64,000 nucleotides of DNA from Planctomycetota bacterium (GCA_965223545.1 OZ245006.1:3904001-3968000), one strand, 5' to 3'; counted from the stretch's first letter, positions 46,235-55,866 are shown. Translations and numbers: made by a program. Notes: generated from the letters alone by a model not told the origin.

Positions 46235-47664
46235 ACATGACGACAACTTCGTGCAGCTGTTCACCGGCGACGAGCACGAGTGGCGGCGCCGCGCTCGAGC
46301 GCACCCGCTACTTCGCCGGCCAACTGGTCACACCAGAGGACCTGACCCAGGACCAGACTTGGGTGCGGGAGCGCGCGCGCCGCCGCAATCGTCTGCTCTG
46401 GGGTTGGGGCGTCGTATGCGGCGCCGCAGTCCGGCCCGGCAACGACCGCTGCCAGGTCATCGTCGAGCCGGGCTTCATCATCGGGCCGTACGGCGATGAG
46501 ATCATGATCGACGAAGAGGCCGCGTTCGACGTCTGCGGGGTGGTTCAGGCCGACTCGTGTGACACGCTGCGGGCGGACCCGTGGTGTGATGACGTCCGTA
46601 CAGCGTGCTCCCCCGGAACCCGCTACCTCGCGGTCCGGTACGTCGAGACGAACAGCCGCGCGGTGCGCGCACCATCGGGCTCTTGCGGCTCCTGTGAGCC
46701 CGACTCCTGCGAGTACAGCAGGATCCGCGAGGGGTTCGAGCTATGCCTGCTGGACGAGCTACCCGAGACCTACGATGCGACACCGCAGAGCACTGGTCTC
46801 GGGATCCTCAACCCATGCCGTGGTCCATGCGGACGCCCCTGTCCTCAGTGCCCCACCAGTCCTTGGGTGGTCCTGGCAGACATCGTGATCGACGAACAGT
46901 GCCAGTGGCAGACGATCGACTGCCTGCGACATCGCCGTTTCACCATCTCCTGGGCCGAGTTCGCGCACTACTGTGGGCGGCTCAGCACGGGACCGATCGC
47001 CGGGGCCCGCGCGACGCTTGGATTGGTGACCGGCTATACCGAGCTGATCGACCCGGAGATGGAAGTGCGCGCCGCCCCACCGGTAATGACTCTGCGCTTG
47101 CTGCGCGCCGATGGCAGCAGTGTCGGACTGCCGGCGTACTTCAACGTCGAGGCCGGTGAGACGCTCGGCGCGTTCCTCGAGCGAGAGGGCGCGAGACAGC
47201 TCTACGATCCGGTCGCTGATCAAAACTACACCTTGCGCGAGCTGTTTCGGCTGAGCGGAGCGGATGCCTCCACGACGCTCGCAAGCCGTGCGGCCGCGCT
47301 CGGCTTGCTCGAGGATCGCAAGTTGGAGGTGGTCGCAGACCGGGTGAGTCGGACCGCGTTGGAAGTCGTGCTTACTGACGACGGGATCGAGCGACTGGAG
47401 CGGGAGTTCCTCGGTGCGCCGGAGCGAGCGATCGCCATGCGTCTCACCGAATTGGTTGGCGGCACGGAGTTGGCGGAACAAGTCAACGCGCTACGGCAGC
47501 TGACCGTCGCCGAGATCGCCGGCGTGCCGCAAAGCGAGTTCGCCGGCGAAGTCAGCCGGGCTGTGCCCGAAGAGAAGCAAGAAGCCGCACGGGCGCAGGC
47601 GATGCAGCTGTGGCGCAACGCGCAGCGGACCGTGGCGATCGCGCGGCGCCGCGAAGACTCTTGA
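46231..47664 (+). CDS. eCIS fibre/baseplate-associated protein, paralog 4 (Cys-rich)
   Basis: GGAG RBS before ATG 46231; ERTRYFAGQLVTPEDLTQDQ...RNRLLWGWGVVCG...CEYSRIREGF. Confidence 0.78.
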   Translation: MNMTTTSCSCSPATSTSGGAALERTRYFAGQLVTPEDLTQDQTWVRERARRRNRLLWGWGVVCGAAVRPGNDRCQVIVEPGFIIGPYGDEIMIDEEAAFDVCGVVQADSCDTLRADPWCDDVRTACSPGTRYLAVRYVETNSRAVRAPSGSCGSCEPDSCEYSRIREGFELCLLDELPETYDATPQSTGLGILNPCRGPCGRPCPQCPTSPWVVLADIVIDEQCQWQTIDCLRHRRFTISWAEFAHYCGRLSTGPIAGARATLGLVTGYTELIDPEMEVRAAPPVMTLRLLRADGSSVGLPAYFNVEAGETLGAFLEREGARQLYDPVADQNYTLRELFRLSGADASTTLASRAAALGLLEDRKLEVVADRVSRTALEVVLTDDGIERLEREFLGAPERAIAMRLTELVGGTELAEQVNALRQLTVAEIAGVPQSEFAGEVSRAVPEEKQEAARAQAMQLWRNAQRTVAIARRREDS

Positions 47665-47724
47665 CGCATCGCGTGCCGCGAGAATCTGTCGCGGCACGCA
47701 ACGTGTGCTGGCGCTTCTGCACTC

Positions 47725-48441
47725 GTGTTCGAGTTGAACCTGTACAGCACATCCCTACTCTTGGTGTCGGGCGGCCAACCAGGGAGGCACTTGCACTCGA
47801 GGGCCCCGATGCGCGAAAGCAAGAGCACTTTGGTGGTGGGTGTTCCGCTGGTTGCTGAGGCGATGGCGGAGGCGCTAAGCAACTCCGACGCCAACTATGT
47901 CGTCCGCTGGGTGCACCATGACGAGGATGTCAGCTCCACGGTGTGTGCGCTGCAGCCCGACCTACTGCTGGTGGCCTGGAACTCGGGACGCGGCCGCGCG
48001 TGGGTCGAGGGTGCAGCGCGTTCGCCGGTGCAGGTGCGCGTCGTTGCGCTGGGCGTGCCAAACGAACGCGCGCAGGTTGTCGCCTGCCTGGAGGCTGGCG
48101 CGTGCGACTGGCTACCGTCCGATGCCGGGTTCGACAGCCTTTGCAACAAGGTCGACGCGGTCCTCGCCGGCCGAAACCAACTACCGGCCGACATCGTCTA
48201 CGCGATGACCCATCGGTTGTCGGCGCTGGCGCGCGAACGGCGTCGCGGCACGATTCCGCTGACCGAACGCGAGCTCGAGATCCTTCGCCTGATCGATCTC
48301 GGTATGAGCAACAAGGAGATCGCGACATCCTTGAAGCGATCGCTGCACACGATCAAGAACCACGTGCACCATATCCTCGAGAAGCTCGAGGTCCCCACTC
48401 GACAAAAGGCCGCGCACTGGTACCGCAGTCGGATCGGCTGA
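47725..48441 (+). CDS. LuxR/NarL-family regulator with degenerate receiver domain (start uncertain)
   Basis: LTERELEILRLIDLGMSNKEIA...TIKNHVHHILEKL. Confidence 0.88.
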   Translation: MFELNLYSTSLLLVSGGQPGRHLHSRAPMRESKSTLVVGVPLVAEAMAEALSNSDANYVVRWVHHDEDVSSTVCALQPDLLLVAWNSGRGRAWVEGAARSPVQVRVVALGVPNERAQVVACLEAGACDWLPSDAGFDSLCNKVDAVLAGRNQLPADIVYAMTHRLSALARERRRGTIPLTERELEILRLIDLGMSNKEIATSLKRSLHTIKNHVHHILEKLEVPTRQKAAHWYRSRIG

Positions 48442-48453
48442 ACCTGTTTCGAG

Positions 48454-49113
48454 CTACAGCCGGTTGGAGTCGGTCGCTGGTCCAGCCAACAGTGGCATCA
48501 GCGCGAACACCTCTTGCCGGGACGCGGCACCGAGCTTGCGCAGGATTCGGTGCAGATGGTTCTTCGTGGTGGATATGGTGATACCGAGTGACCGCGCGAT
48601 GTCCTTGTTGGAGTACTGAGCGGCAACGAGTTCCGCGATCTCCATCTCACGAACGCTGAGGGTATTGGTGACCGGGACTCCGGCGCCGCCGTTCGAGACT
48701 TCGTGCAACCGTCGCAGCAGATCACGCACCACGCTCGGCGGCAGCAGCGTGCGGCCGTTGCAAAGTTGTTCAACGGCGACGGCGAGGTCTCGCACTCCCC
48801 GTCCCGCGTCCAGCAGCGAGTTCGCGCCGGCAAGCAAGAGATCACTCCACTGGTAGTGTGGGGTCGCGACGTCGAACACCAGGACCGGGCCTCTGTAGCC
48901 GCTGTCGCGGAGCTCCGTCAGTGTGGCGCGATCCCAGTCCAGATCGCTGGACCGAATGAGGAACACACCATGACTCGGCAGATCGCTGCGGCGCGCGGGC
49001 ATCGTGCAGCCGCCGGCACGCGGCGCTTGCAGGATCTGCTGAAGAGCACGGGCCAAGCTCTGAGCCTCCCAAGCCTGCCGGGCGCCGACCTGGATTTGAG
49101 CACAGGTGTTCAC
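48454..49113 (-). CDS. LuxR/NarL-family regulator with degenerate receiver domain
   Basis: LSVREMEIAELVAAQYSNKDIA...TTKNHLHRILRKL. Confidence 0.88.
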   Translation of the reverse strand: MNTCAQIQVGARQAWEAQSLARALQQILQAPRAGGCTMPARRSDLPSHGVFLIRSSDLDWDRATLTELRDSGYRGPVLVFDVATPHYQWSDLLLAGANSLLDAGRGVRDLAVAVEQLCNGRTLLPPSVVRDLLRRLHEVSNGGAGVPVTNTLSVREMEIAELVAAQYSNKDIARSLGITISTTKNHLHRILRKLGAASRQEVFALMPLLAGPATDSNRL

Positions 49114-49466
49114 TGCTCGCTCTCCTCATGATCAGCCCCGACCTCTTGCACCAGCGCGGCAAGTCCGGGCCAACCCTCGAGCGCCCGCTCGGTGATCGGA
49201 CGACGAAAGGCGCAAATCTGCCGACCCGGACCGAGTCCGACGACGACCAAGTCGGGTACCACGGAGAGTAAATGAGTCGTGATCCCAGTGATCGACGCAC
49301 CGCCGGAGTGGTCGAGGATCACCAGCGCCGGCTGCATCCGCCGCGTCGCGTTGAGCAGCTCCAGTGGCCGAAACGGCATGCGCAGGTCGTGGACCTCGGC
49401 AAACGGAACGACGTCGAACACGGCCTCGAGCTGAGGCGTCCGCTCTGCTCCTAGTAGCACCCGCAC
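49110..49466 (-). CDS. Small receiver-like hypothetical protein
   Basis: MRVLLG..., QPALVILD, PDLVVVGL pattern; 4-bp overlap with the LuxR gene. Confidence 0.55.
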   Translation of the reverse strand: MRVLLGAERTPQLEAVFDVVPFAEVHDLRMPFRPLELLNATRRMQPALVILDHSGGASITGITTHLLSVVPDLVVVGLGPGRQICAFRRPITERALEGWPGLAALVQEVGADHEESEQ

Positions 49467-49621
49467 ACCGACATGTCAGCGTGCCGGCGCCGCAGCGCCA
49501 ATGGAGCAACAGAGCCATTCGGGTCTCCGCTTGGATCCGGATCCCGGCACCCGCAGGTTCACGTTGCCCTAGCTCTCTCGATCCGGCTCGCGGGCGTGGG
49601 CAAACCGGCGCGGGCCTTGGG

Positions 49622-49679
49622 TTGACAACCCATCGGCCGAGCCATATTATCGACCCTGGTCGATTTCGACCGTAGTCGA
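49622..49679 (+). promoter_or_regulatory. Sigma70 promoter and tandem TetR operators
   Basis: TTGACA(49622)-17 bp-TATTAT(49645); palindromes ATCGACC-CT-GGTCGAT (49649-49664) and TCGAC-CGTA-GTCGA (49666-49679). Confidence 0.85.
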
Positions 49680-49681
49680 TT

Positions 49682-50299
49682 TTGATGCTCACCGCCCAGA
49701 CCGCCACGCCACCTGGCACGCGTCAAGACCGCCGTCGTCGCCGGACGCGTGGCGCCCTGTACCAGGCCGCCCTTCAGCTGTTCGAGGAGAACGGCTTCGA
49801 GGCGACGACGGTCGCGGACATCGCGGAGCGCGCCGACGCCGGCAAGGGCACCTTCTTCCACCACTTCCCGACCAAGGACCACGTCCTCGTCGCCTATTGG
49901 AACGAGTTCAACGCGCGGCTCTTGAGCGAGCTGGAACGCATCCGCAAGCGAACGGCGCGGGCGCGGTTACTCGCGGCGATGGAGATCGCCGGCAGGGCGG
50001 CCAAGTCGGAGCCCGAGGTCGGTCGCGTGCTCTTGGGGCGGTTCTTCGTCAGCGCCGCACTCCTGGACTCCGACCGCGACAACGAGAGGCGGCTGTCCGG
50101 CTGGCTGTCCGACACTCTGCAGGTCGGCATCGATCGGGGCGAGCTGCGCGCCGATGCGGATGTCGAGAGTCTCTTGTTCCTGATCATCGCCAGCATGAGC
50201 GCGACGTTCCGCGACTACGTCTTGTCCGGAACCGGCGACCCGGTCGCGCTGATGAAGCGGCGCATGTCTTTGCTCTTGGCCAGCGTGGAGGTTTCGTGA
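49682..50299 (+). CDS. TetR/AcrR-family regulator
   Basis: AALQLFEENGFEATTVADIAERADAGKGTFFHHFPTKD HTH. Confidence 0.93.
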   Translation: MMLTAQTATPPGTRQDRRRRRTRGALYQAALQLFEENGFEATTVADIAERADAGKGTFFHHFPTKDHVLVAYWNEFNARLLSELERIRKRTARARLLAAMEIAGRAAKSEPEVGRVLLGRFFVSAALLDSDRDNERRLSGWLSDTLQVGIDRGELRADADVESLLFLIIASMSATFRDYVLSGTGDPVALMKRRMSLLLASVEVS

Positions 50300-51426
50300 C
50301 CCGCACCGTTCGTTCGCCGCTCGCAGCGCGGATCGCTCACTCCCTCTGCGTCCCGCTGACCGTGCTCGGCGCAGCGATGGCAGGGCCGCTCACCGCCCAG
50401 GCCCTCGTCGACACCGAACTGACCCGCGGCCGCCTGCTGTTGGACCGCGTGAAAGGCTCCGGGCTCACCGCCACGAAGACCGGTGAAGCTGCGGAACGCA
50501 CCGTTGCGATCTACCTGCCGCCCTCCTACCAGAGCCGCTCGAACGCGCGTTTCCCGGTGCTGACACTCCTGCACGGAATCGGCGGAACCCATCAAGACTG
50601 GACCGGGCCACGGCCCGGCGCCGGGCCGTGGCAGACGATGCAGGACGTGATGGATCGGGGGATCGCCGCCGGCCGCATCGCCGAGATGATCATCGTCGCT
50701 CCCGACCAGCGCACGCGCGGTGGTGGGAGCTTCTACGTCAACTCGACGGCCACCGGGTCCTGGGAGGACTTCACCGCCACAGACCTCGTGGCCCACGTCG
50801 ACGCGAACTACCGCACGCTGACCGAACCCGAGTCTCGGGGGATTGCCGGCCACTCGATGGGGGGCTACGGCGCAATCCAGCTCGGCATGCGCCACCCCGA
50901 CGTGTTCCGGGTCGTGTACGGAATGAACTCCGCCTTGTTGGGCTGGGCCGGCGACGTCTCGGAGACCAACCTCGCGTTCGCCCGCGCGGCAAACGCGACG
51001 CCACAATCGCTCAATCCGCGTCGAGACCTCTACGTCGCATCCTTCTTGTGCGTCGCGCAGGCGTTCTCCCCCAACCCAGAGAAACCACCGTTCTTCGCGG
51101 ACCTTCCCTTCGAGAGCGCCGACGGGGGCCTGGTCAAGACCGCCGCGCACGCCTCGTGGACGCAACGCATGCCTCTCTACACGGTGGAGCACCACGTCGC
51201 GGCGCTGCGGTCGCTGCGCGGGCTGCGCTTCGACTCGGGCCGGTACGACGCCTACACGCACATCCCGCCGACGAACCGTGCGCTCTCCGAGCGGTTGACG
51301 CAGTTGCAGATCCCGCACGTGTTCGAGGAATACAACGGCGGGCACAACGATCGCGTCTGGGGCGAAGAAGGGCGGCTCGCGGCGGACGTGCTGCCCTGGT
51401 TCTCGCGCCTGCTGGCGCGCCAGTGA
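50296..51426 (+). CDS. Secreted esterase (alpha/beta hydrolase)
   Basis: GTGA overlap with tetR; signal-like N-terminus; IYLPPSY, FPVLTLLHG, GHSMGG nucleophile elbow, EYNGGH. Confidence 0.9.
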   Translation: MTRTVRSPLAARIAHSLCVPLTVLGAAMAGPLTAQALVDTELTRGRLLLDRVKGSGLTATKTGEAAERTVAIYLPPSYQSRSNARFPVLTLLHGIGGTHQDWTGPRPGAGPWQTMQDVMDRGIAAGRIAEMIIVAPDQRTRGGGSFYVNSTATGSWEDFTATDLVAHVDANYRTLTEPESRGIAGHSMGGYGAIQLGMRHPDVFRVVYGMNSALLGWAGDVSETNLAFARAANATPQSLNPRRDLYVASFLCVAQAFSPNPEKPPFFADLPFESADGGLVKTAAHASWTQRMPLYTVEHHVAALRSLRGLRFDSGRYDAYTHIPPTNRALSERLTQLQIPHVFEEYNGGHNDRVWGEEGRLAADVLPWFSRLLARQ

Positions 51427-51702
51427 CGGGCCAAGCAGGCGGACGGTCCGGTCAGAAGATCGGCTCTTGGCCCCGACGATCGTGACGTCGCGCGGCATGT
51501 CCGCGCGATGGAACGACGGGACAGACTGACCCGGTGGTATCGCGCAGAAGATGATGTTTGGTCCCAGCAAAGGGTTTCCGGTCTGCTGGATCACCGGCCC
51601 CACCGGGAAGCTCCACCGCTCGAGCGGTGAAACGATCGTGTAGCCGCCGCCCGGGTTCGTCGTCGCACCGTCCGACCCTCGCCCCTCGATGGACGGCGCA
51701 AG

Positions 51703-52041
51703 TTACGGGCCAGTGATCGTGGCCCGGTTGCTAGTTCCGTTGCTATGCACGATCTCGACGTGGGTGGCAGACTTCGGGATCGTGTAGGTCCAGCTAGTCA
51801 CCGTCTTGGTGCTCCACTCGGAGCTCATTTGCTCCGACTTCACGACCTTGCCCTTCTTGTCGAGAAACCGGATCTGGGTCAGGGTGACCGTCGACCCTTG
51901 CGGATCGATCTTCGCTTTGACGTCGCAGGAGCCACTGTCTCCGGTCCGCGTCGCGGATTGGATGGTCACGGTCTGCGCGAGGGCGAGGGCGGAGGTGAGG
52001 AACAAGATCAGAACGAAACGACCGATGTGCGTGGTGGTCAT
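51703..52041 (-). CDS. Small secreted beta-rich hypothetical protein
   Basis: ATG 52041; signal peptide RFVLILFLTSALALAQ. Confidence 0.65.
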   Translation of the reverse strand: MTTTHIGRFVLILFLTSALALAQTVTIQSATRTGDSGSCDVKAKIDPQGSTVTLTQIRFLDKKGKVVKSEQMSSEWSTKTVTSWTYTIPKSATHVEIVHSNGTSNRATITGP

Positions 52042-52264
52042 GACGGCCTCGAGAGTTGGCTGTGCCTTGGGTTGATTGAAGAAGCGCGACCGGCTCGTGC
52101 CAGCCGCCCTCGTTCGTGTTGTGTGGGCGCCGTTGGTTCCGACTTCTTTTGGTTGGACCGTTGGACCGACTCCGCCCCAAAAAGGAGTGAGACGGATCAG
52201 CATGGTCCCCGGAACTCAACATGCACTTGGACCTGCCAAGCCCTTCACCGGGCAGGAGCATCGC

Positions 52265-53761
52265 ATGTTTCTCTTCACTTCCTCTCGCCGCGGCCGGTTC
52301 GCGGCCGTTTCGGCTTTCCTGTTCGCTCTAACCAGCCATTCGCCCAACGCAGCCGCGCAAACATCTTGGAAGGTCGTCGGAGGCCTCCCTCTGCAGCTGA
52401 GCCAAGACGTCACGACTGCCACTGACATCCGTGTCCTCCATCCCATCGACGGAGAACAAACGGTCGCGTTGATCTCGGGCGTCTGGGGCTCGGTACGGGC
52501 CTGGGTCTTCGATCAATCCTCGGGATGGGCCCCGCTCAACACGGCCACGGCTCCGCCCACCGTCCAGAGCTTCAGCGCATGCGCCACGCGCAACTCTGTC
52601 TATCTCTTCGGTGGATGGGACCCGGCCGTCGGACCGCGCTCGGAGATATGGAAACTGTCCCAAACCGCGGGCACTTGGGATTGGACGAGCTTGATGACCA
52701 TGCCCGACCCCGTTTTCGGCGGCAAGCCGCGCTCCAGGTACTGCCACGCCATGGCCTACGACGTGAACGTCGACCGCATCGTCGTCTACGGTGGCATCGC
52801 GGCGGGGTTCGGTGGAGTCTTCGGCGGCGGCTCGCCCGGCTACACCGGTTCGACCGGTGGCACGTACCTGCAGGACACTTGGTCGTTTACGCCGTCGAAC
52901 AACACCTGGCATGTCGATACCGGCGGTGCTCCTGCCGCGCGCGCCAATCCCCTTTGTGGTTGGTCCGAGGGGCCCGTGGCGAACGGGGTTTTCATGGCCG
53001 GCGGGACGGACCTCGCTGGAAACCTACTGAACGACGGCATGTACTACTGGGACGCAGTCACCGGATGGCAACAACTTGTCACGAGCCCCCCTCCGTCGGT
53101 CACGCAGAGATTCCGCGGAACGCTGGAGTACGATGCCGACCGAGATGTCACAGTCGTCGCAGGTGGCATCGGTCCGCTGGGAACGCTCACTGACACCTGG
53201 GAGTCCTCCGACCAGACAAGCTGGACGCAGAGAACGGCTTCCATTCCGAGTTCCGCGGTCGGAGCATTCGTTGGGCTCATGGGCGCCTACCGCCAGTGCG
53301 ATTTCGGGATCACCGCGCTCACGGTGCATCACCTCAGCTACGAATCCGACCACCTACCGGCATTCGCCGTGTCGGGCTCGACATGCCCCGGTGCGGCCAC
53401 GCCTTTGATCTCAGGCAGTCCTTGTGGACTCCGGGCGTTCGTGGGTGGACTGCTGCTTGTCGAAGGCGAGCAGTTGCTTCCGGGTTCGCCAACGTTGTTG
53501 CTGCTGGATGGTGCCGCCACGGCGATACCGTACGGACCGCTCGGGTCGCCTTGCAGGTTGTATGTAGACCCAGCTACTGCGATTCCACTCGCGATGTCGT
53601 CTCCCAATCCGCAAGGCTACAGCGCCATCTTCATTCCCATCCCCAACCAACCCTCCCTCGCGGGTAAGAACCTCTATACCCAGATCATCCATACGGACCC
53701 GCAGGGACCGAGCAGCCTGAGCCTCTCGGCGCTCGGCACCGCTACGATCGGGAGCCTCTGA
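52265..53761 (+). CDS. Secreted Kelch-repeat beta-propeller protein with conserved C-terminal domain
   Basis: AGGAG RBS; signal ending AAAQ; YLFGG, HAMAYD...VVYGG, LQDTWSF, LTDTWE; C-terminus CRLYVDP...IPNQPSLAGKNLYTQ...LSLS. Confidence 0.85.
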   Translation: MFLFTSSRRGRFAAVSAFLFALTSHSPNAAAQTSWKVVGGLPLQLSQDVTTATDIRVLHPIDGEQTVALISGVWGSVRAWVFDQSSGWAPLNTATAPPTVQSFSACATRNSVYLFGGWDPAVGPRSEIWKLSQTAGTWDWTSLMTMPDPVFGGKPRSRYCHAMAYDVNVDRIVVYGGIAAGFGGVFGGGSPGYTGSTGGTYLQDTWSFTPSNNTWHVDTGGAPAARANPLCGWSEGPVANGVFMAGGTDLAGNLLNDGMYYWDAVTGWQQLVTSPPPSVTQRFRGTLEYDADRDVTVVAGGIGPLGTLTDTWESSDQTSWTQRTASIPSSAVGAFVGLMGAYRQCDFGITALTVHHLSYESDHLPAFAVSGSTCPGAATPLISGSPCGLRAFVGGLLLVEGEQLLPGSPTLLLLDGAATAIPYGPLGSPCRLYVDPATAIPLAMSSPNPQGYSAIFIPIPNQPSLAGKNLYTQIIHTDPQGPSSLSLSALGTATIGSL

Positions 53762-53895
53762 CAACCGCAGCACCCCGACGCACAACCCCGACGCCAAGGG
53801 GCTCTTGCGCACCGGCCACGCCGGTACTCCAGAACCGGCGTAGACTCCTTAGAATCGGTCGGTTCCAGGCTGGCCCGGCCTGATCGCTCTCTCGC

Positions 53896-55866
53896 ATGTT
53901 CGCACCCACGATCCGCACCGCCACGGCCGCGGGTTTCGCCATCGTGGCACCCGCCGCCCTGGACGCGACCGGCTGCCGACTCTTGGCGCAGTCACCGCCA
54001 CTGCGGGCCGAGGCGAACCTCACCAACGGTGCAGATCACGAGCGCGGGACCCTGATCCAGTTCGCTCCGCGCCGCCGCGGCATCGCCCACGCGCCCCCTC
54101 CGGTGACCTCGACGCGCGGCACCGCACGCGTTCCGAGCAGCAAGCTCGTCTATCAGGCTTGGGCGATGGAGTCATCGCTCGGCAGCGGTGATCTCGACGT
54201 GTTCTTCGCCCGGTCGACCGATGGTGGCGTGACCGTCTCGACGCCGACGCGGCTGGAAGCGCAGACCGGCATGGCGCGCGAGGTCAGCGTCTGCGCCAGC
54301 GAGGACCGGGTGTTCGTGTCGTGGATCTCCAACGAGATCGGCACCAAGGACCAGGTCTACGTCGCGATCTCGGTCGACCAGGGCGAGACGTTTGCGCCGC
54401 CGTTGATGCTCAACGACCCCGCGCTGGCACAGGCCGGCGACGCCGACGAGCACTGGACGGTGGCGGCGGGTTACCTGTTCTACGCGGTGTGGGAGTTCGA
54501 CGATCGCGGCCGCGTGGCCGGCGTTCCCGACGAGGACGTGCACTTCTGCCGGCTGATCGTCGACGAGAGCGGTCTGCAGAGCCGGAGCGCCAACGTCCGG
54601 CTCAACACGCCGGTCGGACTGTCGGACGTCAACTCGCCGATCGTCACGGCGAGCCCCGATGGCGGCAAGCTGGCAGTGCTCTGGTTCGACGACCGCGGTG
54701 CGCCGGACAAGGCGATCTACGGCGTCTGGTCGACGGCGCTCGGCTTCGATCTCCCCAAGGCCCAAGACCAACTGCTGGTCGGCGCGCCGGCGGCGACCGC
54801 GGCCAAGCAGAACGTGCTCGCCGCGCTGCGCGGCAACTCGCTGCACTTGGTTTGGGAAGACCGTCGCAACGCCGCCAGCGGTGGTGGCGCCGACGAACCC
54901 TTCTACGAGCGCTTCGACCTTGACAGCGGTTCGCCGCTCTACGGCAACGGTCGTTCGTTGGTCGATTGGAGCATGCCCGGCTTCGGCGATGCCGACCAAC
55001 CGTGGATCGCGATCGACTCCGACGACGAGCGCAACGTGCTGGTCGCGTGGCACGACAACCGCGATCGCGGCGGCGCCGGCAACGACACCGTCAACGACCT
55101 GTTCTGCACGGTGAGTCGCGACGGTGGAGCGACTTGGTCGGCAAACCAGCGCGTCGCCAAGAACAGCGGCACCGGCACCGGCCAGCGCAACGAGGCCTGG
55201 GGAGCAGTCTGGCACGGAGACCACGCCGTGCTGTGTGCGCTGCGCTCCGAGCTCAACGGCATCGGCGGCCCCGGCGCCGGCACCGAGGACGTCGTCCTGT
55301 TCGTCTCGCGCGACGGGGCGCGACAATGGGAAGAGCAGCTGATCACCGCAGTCGGTTCGTCGGTCGGGCTGGCCAACGACATCGACAACCCCTACATGGC
55401 GGTGACGCCGACCCGTCTCGACGTCGCGGTTTCCTACTACGACGACCGCTATCCCAACTGGCAGGGGCACGGCGACCTCATCGCGCGAGGCCTCCGCCTG
55501 CCGTGGATTCGCGCCTCCGCTGACCCGGTCGGTGGTGCCACCGTACGGCTGCTCGTGGAGCAGATCGGTGAGAGCAACAACGGCGGCGGTGCACTGTTGG
55601 TCTACAACGGCATCACCAGCGGCACGGCACCAGGGGTGTTTCCGTTCGGCAGTGGTCTGGACATCGATCTGATCCCCGACGCCCTGACCATGGCCTTCGC
55701 TGGCATCACGCCGCTGGCCGTGCTGTCCACGCAGCCGGACGGAACGGCGACGACCATCCCGTTCACCCTGCCCGCCGGCTACCTCGGTCCGCGCTTCCAG
55801 GTGCAAGCGTTGGTGTTCGACAGCGCGCTGCGCGTCACCGAAGGAACCGACGTCCTGGCGTTCTGA
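53896..55866 (+). CDS. Secreted BNR/Asp-box (sialidase-like) beta-propeller protein with conserved C-terminal domain
   Basis: Asp-boxes STDGGVTV, SVDQGETF, SRDGGATW, SRDGARQW; C-terminus DGTATT...GPRFQVQALVFD. Confidence 0.82.
   Translation: MFAPTIRTATAAGFAIVAPAALDATGCRLLAQSPPLRAEANLTNGADHERGTLIQFAPRRRGIAHAPPPVTSTRGTARVPSSKLVYQAWAMESSLGSGDLDVFFARSTDGGVTVSTPTRLEAQTGMAREVSVCASEDRVFVSWISNEIGTKDQVYVAISVDQGETFAPPLMLNDPALAQAGDADEHWTVAAGYLFYAVWEFDDRGRVAGVPDEDVHFCRLIVDESGLQSRSANVRLNTPVGLSDVNSPIVTASPDGGKLAVLWFDDRGAPDKAIYGVWSTALGFDLPKAQDQLLVGAPAATAAKQNVLAALRGNSLHLVWEDRRNAASGGGADEPFYERFDLDSGSPLYGNGRSLVDWSMPGFGDADQPWIAIDSDDERNVLVAWHDNRDRGGAGNDTVNDLFCTVSRDGGATWSANQRVAKNSGTGTGQRNEAWGAVWHGDHAVLCALRSELNGIGGPGAGTEDVVLFVSRDGARQWEEQLITAVGSSVGLANDIDNPYMAVTPTRLDVAVSYYDDRYPNWQGHGDLIARGLRLPWIRASADPVGGATVRLLVEQIGESNNGGGALLVYNGITSGTAPGVFPFGSGLDIDLIPDALTMAFAGITPLAVLSTQPDGTATTIPFTLPAGYLGPRFQVQALVFDSALRVTEGTDVLAF

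Noticed and set aside
20241..47664. Prophage or type VI secretion system
   Set aside because: No capsid, terminase, portal, integrase or replication genes, and no TssJ/L/M, TssA or ClpV; the markers are eCIS-type.
51430..51700. Protein-like minus-strand stretch (GYTIVSPLERW...GNPLLGPNIIFCAIP...FHRADMPRDVTIVGAK)
   Set aside because: May be a gene remnant, but it has no convincing start, runs antisense into the esterase, and I cannot assign a family.
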